IMG/VR virus record: IMGVR_UViG_3300009434_001054
Span: 1-40,528 of that record
Reading direction: 5' to 3' (one strand)
Length of the DNA: 40,528 bases
Source of the DNA: a virus
Taxonomy: Duplodnaviria; Caudoviricetes
Shown: positions 18,728 through 27,982 of the stretch, one piece after another
How positions within the stretch are numbered: position 1 is the first letter of the stretch
Layout: every line of letters begins with the position of its first letter
The notes under the pieces: generated by a model
Seen by the model: the letters and a program-made list of their open reading frames with translations, nothing else
What the model was told of the DNA's origin: nothing
Databases searched by the model: none
Program-made: the position numbers and the translations under genes

Positions 18728-19243
18728 TCAGTAATTCGAAAAATCAATACACGAGCTTGGCGTTTTCGTTAATCGTCGGTTGTCATAACCGGTACCGGTT
18801 TCGTCAATAGGGACTCGTTGTGCACCGGGTAAAACAATGTCGCGTTTTGCTAAATTTTTTAACCACTCAAGCCAGTGCTTACGCTCATCAAGAATATGTT
18901 TTGCTAAATTATCACCATCATCGCTAAGTACAGCGCGGGTTAAAGCAGCACAACACTCTTGCAAGGGTGTTGCATCAACAACTTCAATCGTAAGCGGTAA
19001 CACATAGGCGGATCCCACATAGGTATCGATTTTGTTGGACTGTTGTTGCAACATGATATTGACGCGAGCAATAGCAAGCGCAATGCTATTTTGCTCTTGC
19101 TGCGTATAAGCCGACAAATCATTCTCGGCAACAGCATCACGCAATAAAATTTCTGTAATATCGTTTTCTTCATCCCACAACAGCTCACTGATTTCTCGAT
19201 AGCCATAGTTTGTACATATATTTTCAACTGTTGCGTACATCAA
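18728..19243 (-). CDS. Head-tail connector (Mu gp36/DUF1320)
   Basis: MYAT, IDTYVG..Y.LPL and WLKNLA motifs. Confidence 0.85.
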   Translation of the reverse strand: MMYATVENICTNYGYREISELLWDEENDITEILLRDAVAENDLSAYTQQEQNSIALAIARVNIMLQQQSNKIDTYVGSAYVLPLTIEVVDATPLQECCAALTRAVLSDDGDNLAKHILDERKHWLEWLKNLAKRDIVLPGAQRVPIDETGTGYDNRRLTKTPSSCIDFSNY

Positions 19244-19337
19244 ACACCCTATAAAAAGATTAAGTGCCGAGAAGAGAACAGCGTGTGAGCACCTCGGCTA
19301 TGCATTCACACTCTCTATTTCATCGAGGGGTTATAAA

Positions 19338-19748
19338 TTAGCTACTCAAACTTTCTAAATGAGCAGCCCATAATTTATTGCGCAGCGCAGCATTAATGGG
19401 GCCTAAAGAATCACCTAGCGCTTTTTTCAGCGGCCGCAATTCGGGTACACCAGCACTGGTAAAATCACCCGCTGTCGCATCTAACGTTCCAACCGCAGCA
19501 CTGAATGTCGCTAGCTGTTCCGCCGTAACATCATCGTTAGTCGCGTCTGAAGCTGCTGGCTTTGATGAAGCTGCTGGCGCTTTATCGGCATCATCAGTTT
19601 CATCAGTTTCATCAGTTTCAATTTCACGAATCGGTGGGGTTCTAAGTGCAAGCAATGGCGCAGCTTGCTCATCGGTTAATTGAATTTGGCAATTGATGCG
19701 GCGTTTGCCTTTATATTTAACCGGGCTGATACAAAAATAACTTTTCAT
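19338..19748 (-). CDS. Hypothetical post-capsid protein
   Basis: GGAG RBS before ATG 19748; low-complexity linker; C-terminal DFTSAGVP...L motif; follows the capsid gene. Confidence 0.65.
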   Translation of the reverse strand: MKSYFCISPVKYKGKRRINCQIQLTDEQAAPLLALRTPPIREIETDETDETDDADKAPAASSKPAASDATNDDVTAEQLATFSAAVGTLDATAGDFTSAGVPELRPLKKALGDSLGPINAALRNKLWAAHLESLSS

Positions 19749-19758
19749 TGTTAACTCC

Positions 19759-19787
19759 AAAAAAAATAGGTGCGCATCCTTGCGCAT
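19759..19787 (-). terminator. Probable intrinsic terminator/attenuator after the capsid gene
   Basis: UGCGCA-AGGA-UGCGCA hairpin followed by CCUA and a U8 run on the minus strand. Confidence 0.55.
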
Positions 19788-19828
19788 GTGGTTCGATAGC
19801 CGCTAGGGCTAACAACCGAACTTGGTAA

Positions 19829-20755
19829 TTAAGAGGCGTTTTCGATTAAGAAGCCGGCAGACATACCTGTCATATAAGGTCGGCGCTCCATTTCAACACC
19901 GTACAGCCAGCTTTTAGAATCCCGATCCCAATAGGCAGCTTCGACTAATGGATGCTGGTCAAGAATGTAGCTATAACCAAAACTTGGCGTAGCCATTGAG
20001 CGCTCACCTTCGGGCGGAACATAGCCTAATACCGAGCCAGTCCACACATCTTGAAAATCAGCATTTTCGTTTTCAGCTGATACAGCTTTACCAACGACAA
20101 CGGTTTCTAGCTCTAAATAACGAGCAATCATTTCAACAGTTAATGAATCAGGGCTGGTGTATTTAAAACGATCCTTCACAAGGTTGTTTTCAGCAATCGC
20201 ATTAAAGTCGCTGGGCGATAGTTCTAATGTATTCGGGTAAACCCCAATTTGCGCTCGCACTGCTTCTTTGTAATCACGAAACTCTTTACTAATATCAACG
20301 TTCGCAACTGTCCACTGATCAACACCGGTAGTGAGAGCAATTTTGTTGTTTACGCTATAATTATTAGCGTCTAACGCTATTGCGGCACAATCCATTTCGT
20401 GTGCCAATAAAACACTTCTCATCACGTTGTTAACCGCGGTCATCTCCTGATTAACCAACGGCACATCTTGAGAGTCTCTAAGCCATTCGCGCGGTACAAC
20501 AGCATCTAGAGCATCTTGATAGAGAGCCACCGGCTCACTCGCGTATCCATATTGCACGCGAGTAGTTGATGCACCCGGCGCACGACGCGTTGCATAGCGA
20601 ATAAATGCTTCTTTGCCGAACTTCATTAATCGAATCCCAGATTTCGGGCAATTAATGCGAGGGAATAGCACTTCAGCAATCAATTCCTGACCTTTATAAC
20701 CCTGCGCTGATCTAGATAAAACAGGATCAATAACTCTTACATCCGATCGCTTCAT
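19829..20755 (-). CDS. Major capsid protein
   Basis: About 308 aa, after protease and cement genes; IDPVLS...GY, FGKEAF, IGVYPN, PSFGYSY and AGFLIENA motifs. Confidence 0.88.
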   Translation of the reverse strand: MKRSDVRVIDPVLSRSAQGYKGQELIAEVLFPRINCPKSGIRLMKFGKEAFIRYATRRAPGASTTRVQYGYASEPVALYQDALDAVVPREWLRDSQDVPLVNQEMTAVNNVMRSVLLAHEMDCAAIALDANNYSVNNKIALTTGVDQWTVANVDISKEFRDYKEAVRAQIGVYPNTLELSPSDFNAIAENNLVKDRFKYTSPDSLTVEMIARYLELETVVVGKAVSAENENADFQDVWTGSVLGYVPPEGERSMATPSFGYSYILDQHPLVEAAYWDRDSKSWLYGVEMERRPYMTGMSAGFLIENAS

Positions 20756-20825
20756 AACGTTCTCCAATTTCGCGATTTAAATAATGTTTAAATGTGCGGC
20801 CTAACGACCACATTAACTAATGCTG

Positions 20826-21167
20826 CTAATTACGAATTAACAACACCTGCACATAATCACCTGCGACTGTAGCCGACCCTAATGCTCGCCCAACGACTGC
20901 GCCGCCAGCATGGTCAACGGCTCGACCGGTTGCGTCCGATTGAATCGGGCCGCCCTCAGTCACTGCACCGCCGGTTTCAACTGCGATCGGGCCTAACGTT
21001 TCAACACCAACGTCTTCGTCAATAGCAGCCTCATGCATCGTCACACCAATGGTGTTCGCTTGGGCCGCAGCATGTTCGTAATTGGTTCCGACAAAACGAT
21101 GCGCCACTAATGCAGCCGCGGCTAAAATAGTGATCGGTGCAATATTCATAAATTGCTTCTGTCCCAT
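20826..21167 (-). CDS. Capsid cement/decoration protein (DUF2190-like)
   Basis: 113-aa Ala/Gly/Val-rich protein with HRFVG, VETGGAV and SDATGRAV; between protease and capsid. Confidence 0.82.
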   Translation of the reverse strand: MGQKQFMNIAPITILAAAALVAHRFVGTNYEHAAAQANTIGVTMHEAAIDEDVGVETLGPIAVETGGAVTEGGPIQSDATGRAVDHAGGAVVGRALGSATVAGDYVQVLLIRN

Positions 21168-21224
21168 GACAAACTCCTAAATTAATAATTTAAATAATGG
21201 TGGATACAGCGTTGCTGCTAACAG

Positions 21225-22412
21225 CTATTCGCTAACAGCAATAACGGCTTCTGTATAACTCACTTTATGTTGCGTTGAATATTCCATCGCTTTGGTATGT
21301 AACCCTGAACGACTCTCGTCGACAGTTGCTCCAGTCGGTGCAGAGAATTCATTTCGCGACGTAGACTCTGGCGCCTCATCATCACGACCGCCCACATTTA
21401 ACTGTTTGCCTAACGACTCAATAAAGCGTTTTGCAAATTCAAACGGGGTGTCTGTTTTTTTCTGCGCCTTTGCGCCGTCACCAACACTAAACTCAAACGA
21501 CTCATCAGAATCACTCGATAAACCAGCCATGAACTCTGCCAAGCCGGGTGTTTGCGCAGGCAATAACGTGCCTTTTTCAACCGCTGCATCTAATACGGCG
21601 GTGGCATCAGCAACACGTCCAGCAAACTCACGTTGTTCGCTGTCATTTTTCGCAGCTGCAAGCTCAGCGTTTAATGGCGTAACGGCTGCATTAACAGCCG
21701 TTTCAATTTGCGACTGTAATTCTGATTCTGTTAAATTAAATGTTTTCACCTTGTTTTCCCCTTCGTCCTGATGTTGTGAAAAATGATTGTCGTCATCGAG
21801 TTGTGCACGTGTTGTTTCGGATGTGCTCGACAAATCATCAATTAAATACTCGGGCAATGCTTCGTCAGCTTCGTCAACACCATCCGACGCGATTAAACGG
21901 TTTTTTAAATTCCGTAACACACGCCCAACACTATTAATTTTCCAGCCGTGCGTGAGCACCGCATCTTCGACACTTAACTCAAACACAATTGACTCTGTGT
22001 TGGTCGCGTACTGCAAATCTTGCATACCTTCGATCGCCGGCGGTTTAGCGCCTAAAAAGCCGATATGAATTAATTTATAGGTGCCATCCGATAAAAGCTT
22101 CAACGCCATAGATCGTTTGCGATACAGCTTCTTGTCAACCCAATCCGAAAACTGATCAACGTATTCGTCTGCTTTGGCAAACAAAGACGTACCGTCACGC
22201 TTAAGCGTGGCAGTCCAACCATAGGCAGGATTGTTTTCTTTAGGATGACCGATAACTAAAGGGGCAGGATCATTAACGTCGGCATTACTAATAATGCCGT
22301 CGAGATCATTTTCACTAAACGAAACTGTTTTACCGTTCTTATCTGTCGCTGTTCCGACACGACCGATTTCGAACCAGTTATCTAGTGCACGTTGCTGAGT
22401 TTGTTTTTTCAT
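21225..22412 (-). CDS. Prohead protease/scaffold (Mu gpI-like)
   Basis: APLVIGHP, PAYGW, YRKRS and HIGFLGAKPPAIEG motifs; helical scaffold-like C-terminus. Confidence 0.92.
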   Translation of the reverse strand: MKKQTQQRALDNWFEIGRVGTATDKNGKTVSFSENDLDGIISNADVNDPAPLVIGHPKENNPAYGWTATLKRDGTSLFAKADEYVDQFSDWVDKKLYRKRSMALKLLSDGTYKLIHIGFLGAKPPAIEGMQDLQYATNTESIVFELSVEDAVLTHGWKINSVGRVLRNLKNRLIASDGVDEADEALPEYLIDDLSSTSETTRAQLDDDNHFSQHQDEGENKVKTFNLTESELQSQIETAVNAAVTPLNAELAAAKNDSEQREFAGRVADATAVLDAAVEKGTLLPAQTPGLAEFMAGLSSDSDESFEFSVGDGAKAQKKTDTPFEFAKRFIESLGKQLNVGGRDDEAPESTSRNEFSAPTGATVDESRSGLHTKAMEYSTQHKVSYTEAVIAVSE

Positions 22413-22424
22413 GCTGCGTATTAA

Positions 22425-22464
22425 AACGTAGCATTAAATAAATAACGACACTGAAATTTTTCGG
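22425..22464 (-). promoter_or_regulatory. Activator-dependent late promoter of the left (capsid/tail) arm
   Basis: CCGAAAAATTTCAGTGTCG (22464-22446), 15 bp, then TACGTT; 18/19 match to 33902-33920. Confidence 0.75.
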
Positions 22465-22646
22465 CAGGAAATAGATGTAATAATTGAAGTAATAATTTAA
22501 AGAATATAAAAACAGGAAGGGCGTGAACAATTTATTAAACGGCCTGTATGGCGTTCTAAGCGATTTTTATTTAAGCCGCTAAAATGGCGCGTGGCTTTTC
22601 TGTAAATTAAAATTAACCGCGATTTAAACGGCTATGCGGGCAGACT

Positions 22647-22880
22647 TTATAAGTATTTTAGCGCGCAGTACATTAACGCAATAAAGATAACCAGCAATGT
22701 TAATAATTCCAGCACACTTAATCGCTGTGCCATTGCATCATAGTCATTTTTTTCTTCAGCTCTAACGTTTCCCGAAGCCCATCGCAAACCCGTTATTGCA
22801 CTTTTAAAGGTACCTGAGAGCATGCGGTATACAACAACCATTATGATTATCACACAAAAAACAATTAATATATTTATCAT
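22647..22880 (-). CDS. Small two-TM membrane protein downstream of the repressor
   Basis: AAGGAG RBS; two hydrophobic segments; co-oriented with the repressor. Confidence 0.7.
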   Translation of the reverse strand: MINILIVFCVIIIMVVVYRMLSGTFKSAITGLRWASGNVRAEEKNDYDAMAQRLSVLELLTLLVIFIALMYCALKYL

Positions 22881-23211
22881 CAGCGCTCTCCTTATTCGTC
22901 CTTAGCCTATTTTTTACAAAAAAAACGAAATATTAAGATTGAAATAACATAGACTAGATTATATCGAAACGTGCCCATTTGCACTTGTCGGTATTTTTTA
23001 CAAGCTGTTTTAAATGAAAAGTCTTTTATATAAAAAGTTATTAGCTTCCAAGTATCGATTATTTAAATAATTAAAATCGAGAAAGAGGGATCGTTATGGA
23101 GTGAAATAATGTCGAAGAGTAGTCTAATCTCACCTGTACGAACTAAAAATGAAAATATCAGTAGCAACAAAAAAACAACTAACGACTGGGTGTTACGCTT
23201 TATTGCCGCTA

Positions 23212-23646
23212 TCAATCACTCTGATGTTTCACAAACGACTGAGCAGCCAAGACAAAGTTTACCGCTTCATCAATTGTCGAATTAGTTGACACCAAAAAAC
23301 CAACCAGCGCTTTAAGTTGTTCGCGATTAAATACAACGTCTAGCTTCGTCTGGACTTCAAAAGCAACATCAATAGCATTTTCAATATTTGCATTAAAACC
23401 GAGGCCATCTGAGGCCTCTTTTTTTTGCTCGCCCGTTAATACATACAGCACATCAATGCCGGCGGATTGAATGTTATCTAAATAGCCAAGATCAAATCGG
23501 CCGGTTTTTTCATACCGACTTTGTGAATTTCGCTTTATACCTCCCAGCTCTGCAAGCTCATCTTGTGAGAGTTTTAGACGTTTTCGCTCTTCTGATAGCC
23601 GCTTCCCGCGGCTTTCTGCGCTGATTTCTTGATAATTATCTGACAT
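23212..23646 (-). CDS. Prophage repressor (XRE-family HTH)
   Basis: GKRLSEERKRLKLSQDELAELGGIKRNSQSRYEK...GIDVLYVLTG; divergent from ner. Confidence 0.9.
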   Translation of the reverse strand: MSDNYQEISAESRGKRLSEERKRLKLSQDELAELGGIKRNSQSRYEKTGRFDLGYLDNIQSAGIDVLYVLTGEQKKEASDGLGFNANIENAIDVAFEVQTKLDVVFNREQLKALVGFLVSTNSTIDEAVNFVLAAQSFVKHQSD

Positions 23647-23650
23647 ATTT

Positions 23651-23714
23651 CACTTTTATTGGTGAATTCGGCTTTAAATGCACTAAATATAGTGCTAATG
23701 TATCTTAAAGGGTG
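23651..23714. promoter_or_regulatory. Candidate operators of the lysis/lysogeny switch
   Basis: CAC-N8-GTG dyads at 23651-23664 and 23681-23694, degenerate third copy at 23701-23714, between divergent repressor and ner. Confidence 0.55.
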
Positions 23715-23769
23715 CAAACTAACCCTTAACGAATCCAGTATCGCACAATCAACACGGTAAGCACTACCT

Positions 23770-24075
23770 ATGATATCAAAAGAGCCAATGCATCCAGCTG
23801 ACATTCTAGCTGCACTAAAAAAAGTTAATTGTTCAGCCGCGTCTATTGCACGTGATGAATCCCCTTTACGTGAAAGCAAGCAGCTTTCAACGCAAAGCGT
23901 GTTGAAGGTCATACACGGCGTAAAAACCAGCCATCCCATTGCTTACGCGATCGCAGCCAAAACCGGCATACCCACAGAAAAAATGTGGCCCGGCCGGTAT
24001 TTAAAACCTCCTATTTACCACCAAGCACGAAAAAACAACAACCGCGGCAGATTGCCACGCGTTGCCTCACTTTAA
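23770..24075 (+). CDS. ner: Ner/Nlp-like transcriptional regulator
   Basis: MHPADILAALKK...IA...WPGRY signature; first early gene. Confidence 0.85.
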   Translation: MISKEPMHPADILAALKKVNCSAASIARDESPLRESKQLSTQSVLKVIHGVKTSHPIAYAIAAKTGIPTEKMWPGRYLKPPIYHQARKNNNRGRLPRVASL

Positions 24076-24099
24076 TTATTAACGATAACGGAGCAATAA

Positions 24100-25095
24100 A
24101 TGACCGATTCTAATGACGAAAACAAAAGCGCGCCCGGCGCGGCTTTGGCGAACAGGCTGGCAAGCAGCACTATTGGCAGCAGCTTAGATGTCAACATACC
24201 GGACAGTGTTGACGACTTAAAAAACCTACTGATTGAGCAAGAAAATGTATTAGCCAAAGCCTCGGTTAAACAAGGGTTTGGCTTTATGGCCCTTAAAGAG
24301 CAGCTGGCGCATGGCGAATTTGAGCAATGGATCAGCGATAACGGCTTTAAGCAGCGAACAGTGCAAGAGAAAATGCAAGCCGCCAAATTCCTCTTAACCG
24401 CGCCAGAAAAATCACACACTAAGCTAGTCGGCTTAGGGCAGAAAAAGCTCTCAATACTCGCGTCGATCGACACAGATATTGTTGCACAAGTTATCGATAC
24501 GCAAGAAGAATTCGACGAGCTTATATCTGGCAGCTATACCGAGCTGCGCAACAAGGTTAGATCGTTAGAATCAAAAAGCGCTGACTTAACAACAAAGCTA
24601 GAAACAGCATCGATCGAATCCAATGACCTGCGCAATAAATTAAAAAGCAAAAATACAAAATCTGATTACCCTGATTTTGTCGATATCACACGACATGAAT
24701 CAGCAGCAATGAGTGACGACATCATATTGAAAATGGATGAGCTAGAACGCATAACAACAGAATTGTTAAACATCATATCCAGCACCGATAACACCCCCGA
24801 ATTTTTAACTTTTTGCGACATCGCTGGCGCATCACTTATTACCCACGCACAAATGATTGAAGCACGCGCAGCGAGACTGCTCACAATGCTTCAAAACAAC
24901 CTGCCGGCTTCATCACAACAGGGTATCAATATCGGCCAGTTAATGTTGAGTGCCGATGAAATTGAAAGCGCAATCGATATTCGCGACGAACTTATGCAAG
25001 AGCATGAACTGGCAAAACGGATCCGAGAAAATGAGCGAGAGATGCTAAGGCCTCGCAAGCCCGGCAGACCTAAAAACAAAGACCAAGCTAAGTAA
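24100..25095 (+). CDS. DUF3102-like coiled-coil protein
   Basis: G...LKEQLAHGEFEQWI motif; located between ner and transposase. Confidence 0.7.
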   Translation: MTDSNDENKSAPGAALANRLASSTIGSSLDVNIPDSVDDLKNLLIEQENVLAKASVKQGFGFMALKEQLAHGEFEQWISDNGFKQRTVQEKMQAAKFLLTAPEKSHTKLVGLGQKKLSILASIDTDIVAQVIDTQEEFDELISGSYTELRNKVRSLESKSADLTTKLETASIESNDLRNKLKSKNTKSDYPDFVDITRHESAAMSDDIILKMDELERITTELLNIISSTDNTPEFLTFCDIAGASLITHAQMIEARAARLLTMLQNNLPASSQQGINIGQLMLSADEIESAIDIRDELMQEHELAKRIRENEREMLRPRKPGRPKNKDQAK

Positions 25096-25102
25096 TAGCG
25101 TT

Positions 25103-26863
25103 ATGACAAACGTCGTTCCCATCACAGCATTGACACGCTCGCTACTAGAGCGGCGTGGCGAACTACAAACGTCAACGACTGACCGCTGGCAGAGCGCGAC
25201 GCATAAGTCGCGTTCGCTGGCGAATCAGCGTGAAGAATTTTTGCGCCCATTATTAAAAATGGTAGCGCATGGAGTGTCGACCAATGTGGCGATTAAAAAT
25301 GTTATTGCGCATGTTGAATGCGGTCAAACAACTCAGCGCTATATTGATCTTGCTTATCAATTAGGGCACCGCGGTAAGCTGCCCGGGCGCAGCACGATTC
25401 ACGGCTGGATAAAAGCCTATCAAAGCGATGGCAAGCAAGGTCTGCTTGATAATAAAACTGGCAGAGTACGTAAAGACAGAGGCTGGGAAGCGCTAGCGAT
25501 CAAGCTGTATAACATACCGAGCAAACCGAGTTATGTCGCGGTAGCAAAACAGTTGCGTGAGGTCTATGACATACCGGCAGAAAGTGCTACTGATTCATCT
25601 GTTGCACGGTATCTAAAATCATTACCTGCGCGCTTAAACACCAACAGCGAGGGCCGCCTCGGTAAGCACTTTCATAATCTTAACCGCAAGAGTTATGTGA
25701 TGCGCGATATGAGCGTGCTAGATGTAGGTGAAGTCTACGAAGGCGATGGCCATTGCATTGATGCCTATATCGCTAGACAAAGTGATGGTGGCCCTTGGCG
25801 GCCAGAGCTAACGATCTGGATCGATGTCGCGAGCAGATGTGTTGTCGGCTGGTATATGAGTACCTCAGAAAGTTCTCTATCAACGCTATTTGCGTTATCA
25901 CACGCCATGATTAAACACGACCATGTGCCGAACTGGGTGCACATTGATAACGGCTCGGGTTTTAAATCGAAGTTAATGAGCGATGAATCGGTTGGCTACT
26001 ACGCACGTTTTGCGATTTCACAAACTGTCGCGATACCGGGCAACTCGAAAGGTAAGGGTTTGGTCGAGCACTGGTTTAGAACCTTCCGCGATGAGCATGA
26101 TAAATTCTGGAATGGCGGCGCAGATTATTGTGGCCATGACCAGTCTCCCGATGCGCTGCATCGTATAAACGACAATATTAAAAGCGGTAAGCGCAAACTT
26201 TTATCATTAGAGCAATATACCCGCAGCGTCGCCGATTATATTGAGCGTTATAACGCTCGAATACATACAGCGCTGAATGGCAAAAGCCCGAACGACCTTT
26301 GGTCGCAGCTTACACGCAATCAATTAATCATCCCGGCCGAAGCCGTATTGCGACCCAGCGTTAAACGAGTGGTTAACCGCAATATGGTTCGCCATGAAAA
26401 CCGCTATTACGAACATCCTATGCTGACTGATTACCACGCCAAGTCGGTGGTCGTTGAATACGACATTCACGACGACAGCAAGGCATGGCTCTACGATGAT
26501 AAAAAGCGCCTTATTTGCGAAGCACCGCTCAAACACAAAAAAGCGTTTTTACCCGACTCTCGCAGAGAAGAAGCCAAGCTCAAATCAACGCAAGGCAAAA
26601 TTGATCGGCTGCAAAAGAAAGTCGATTTGGTTAAAGCCGAAGCAATATCTCATATTGATCACACACACACATTAGATGCGTTAGAAAAATACGGTGCCGA
26701 TGCACCGAGCATTAACAGCCGTGATGATCTGATTGATTCACCAACCACCACACTTGATATTGATATTGATATTGATAACACGCTCGATATCGATGCAGAT
26801 CAAGATGAACTTACTATCAATATCAACCAAAGTGACATCAACCAATGGGGCGATCATGACTAG
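25103..26863 (+). CDS. DDE transposase (MuA-like, B3-type)
   Basis: YEGDGH, WIDVASRCVVGW, HIDNGSGF and PGNSKGKGLVE (DDE triad); YN...H..L...SP; Mu transposase C-terminal region. Confidence 0.95.
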   Translation: MTNVVPITALTRSLLERRGELQTSTTDRWQSATHKSRSLANQREEFLRPLLKMVAHGVSTNVAIKNVIAHVECGQTTQRYIDLAYQLGHRGKLPGRSTIHGWIKAYQSDGKQGLLDNKTGRVRKDRGWEALAIKLYNIPSKPSYVAVAKQLREVYDIPAESATDSSVARYLKSLPARLNTNSEGRLGKHFHNLNRKSYVMRDMSVLDVGEVYEGDGHCIDAYIARQSDGGPWRPELTIWIDVASRCVVGWYMSTSESSLSTLFALSHAMIKHDHVPNWVHIDNGSGFKSKLMSDESVGYYARFAISQTVAIPGNSKGKGLVEHWFRTFRDEHDKFWNGGADYCGHDQSPDALHRINDNIKSGKRKLLSLEQYTRSVADYIERYNARIHTALNGKSPNDLWSQLTRNQLIIPAEAVLRPSVKRVVNRNMVRHENRYYEHPMLTDYHAKSVVVEYDIHDDSKAWLYDDKKRLICEAPLKHKKAFLPDSRREEAKLKSTQGKIDRLQKKVDLVKAEAISHIDHTHTLDALEKYGADAPSINSRDDLIDSPTTTLDIDIDIDNTLDIDADQDELTININQSDINQWGDHD

Positions 26864-27923
26864 AAAAAATTCAGGCTTAAACAGAAAAGAATCCGCTGCT
26901 TTAAGTTCTCGCAATACCGGTAAGTCACCGGGCGACTGGGCGTTAATTATTGAACCAACACAATACAGCGATAAATACGGTGCTGATGAACAGCAAAAGT
27001 TGGCGAGCATTATTAACTGGATGAATGAAAATAAAAAAGGACATGGCTGGATGGCAACGGCATCCGATATTAATCGATCAATGTACACGCAAATTATCGG
27101 CGGCTATTACACAGGTCGAGTAACGCAAAAGCTAGATAAAATTTTAGATACGATCGAGCAAATCAATGCGCGAGCGTCGGTATTGCAAACACCGTTTATT
27201 ACTACGTCAGTATCTAAAGTGTTAACCACTGGGTGTAAACAGGCGCGAAAGAATCAAATGTTTGCGGTATTAGCCGCCAATGTCGGTACCGGCAAAACCC
27301 GCACTTTACGCGAGTATGCAGCGAACAATGCACACACATATTTAATCGAAGCGGATCCGCAAATGTCACCCTCATCAATGATTGAAGACATCGTGCGGCT
27401 GCTAGAAATTCGCACGGTAAGCTCCTTGAGTGTGCAAGCTAAATTCCGATTAATCGTCGACACCTTAAAAACCGTGCAAAGCCCACTGGTGATCATGGAT
27501 GAGGCCGAGCTGGCCACGCAAAAAACATTAGAGTATTTGCGCAGGCTGCGTGACAAAGCCGGCTGCGGTGTTGTGTTGGCCGGCACAACGCGTCTCTACA
27601 CGCTAATCTCACCGCACGGCGGTTCATTCGATCAAATACGGTCACGAACAATATTTTTTCCTAAGCCGATTACTCACATCACCAAAAACGATACCGCGCG
27701 TATTTTATACGCCGCATTTGATGACCGGCCTGAGATTTTTAATGCCGATGAAGAAGTTGAAAGCAGCATTGTTAATGCGATGTACAGCTATACAAACGGA
27801 TCCATTCGCATGCTGGTAGAAAATTTAATTCCAGCGATACGCGATTACGGCATACCGCAGCACGGCACTGTTAGTGTCGCGGTAATTCACGCAGTAGCAA
27901 AAGACGTTTTATCGCTAGGTTAA
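26856..27923 (+). CDS. Transposition AAA+ ATPase (MuB-like)
   Basis: Walker A ANVGTGKT, Walker B VIMDEAE, QIRSR; ATG at 26856 overlaps the end of the transposase. Confidence 0.93.
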   Translation: MTRKNSGLNRKESAALSSRNTGKSPGDWALIIEPTQYSDKYGADEQQKLASIINWMNENKKGHGWMATASDINRSMYTQIIGGYYTGRVTQKLDKILDTIEQINARASVLQTPFITTSVSKVLTTGCKQARKNQMFAVLAANVGTGKTRTLREYAANNAHTYLIEADPQMSPSSMIEDIVRLLEIRTVSSLSVQAKFRLIVDTLKTVQSPLVIMDEAELATQKTLEYLRRLRDKAGCGVVLAGTTRLYTLISPHGGSFDQIRSRTIFFPKPITHITKNDTARILYAAFDDRPEIFNADEEVESSIVNAMYSYTNGSIRMLVENLIPAIRDYGIPQHGTVSVAVIHAVAKDVLSLG

Positions 27924-27982
27924 TAGTGATTTAAATTTAAGTTAAACCCATTTTTAACAACCATCAACAGCCGGAGAATACT

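Noticed and set aside
19591-19620. 9-bp tandem repeat (ETD x3) as a phase-variation tract
   Set aside because: In-frame unit within a low-complexity linker; slippage would not change the reading frame
23574-23939. 121-aa minus-strand ORF across the switch region
   Set aside because: Overlaps ner antisense, the operators and the repressor start; no recognisable features
26733-26855. N-terminal extension of the ATPase given in the ORF track
   Set aside because: Alternative-frame reading of the transposase's (GATATT)n tail; ATG 26856 is the coupled start
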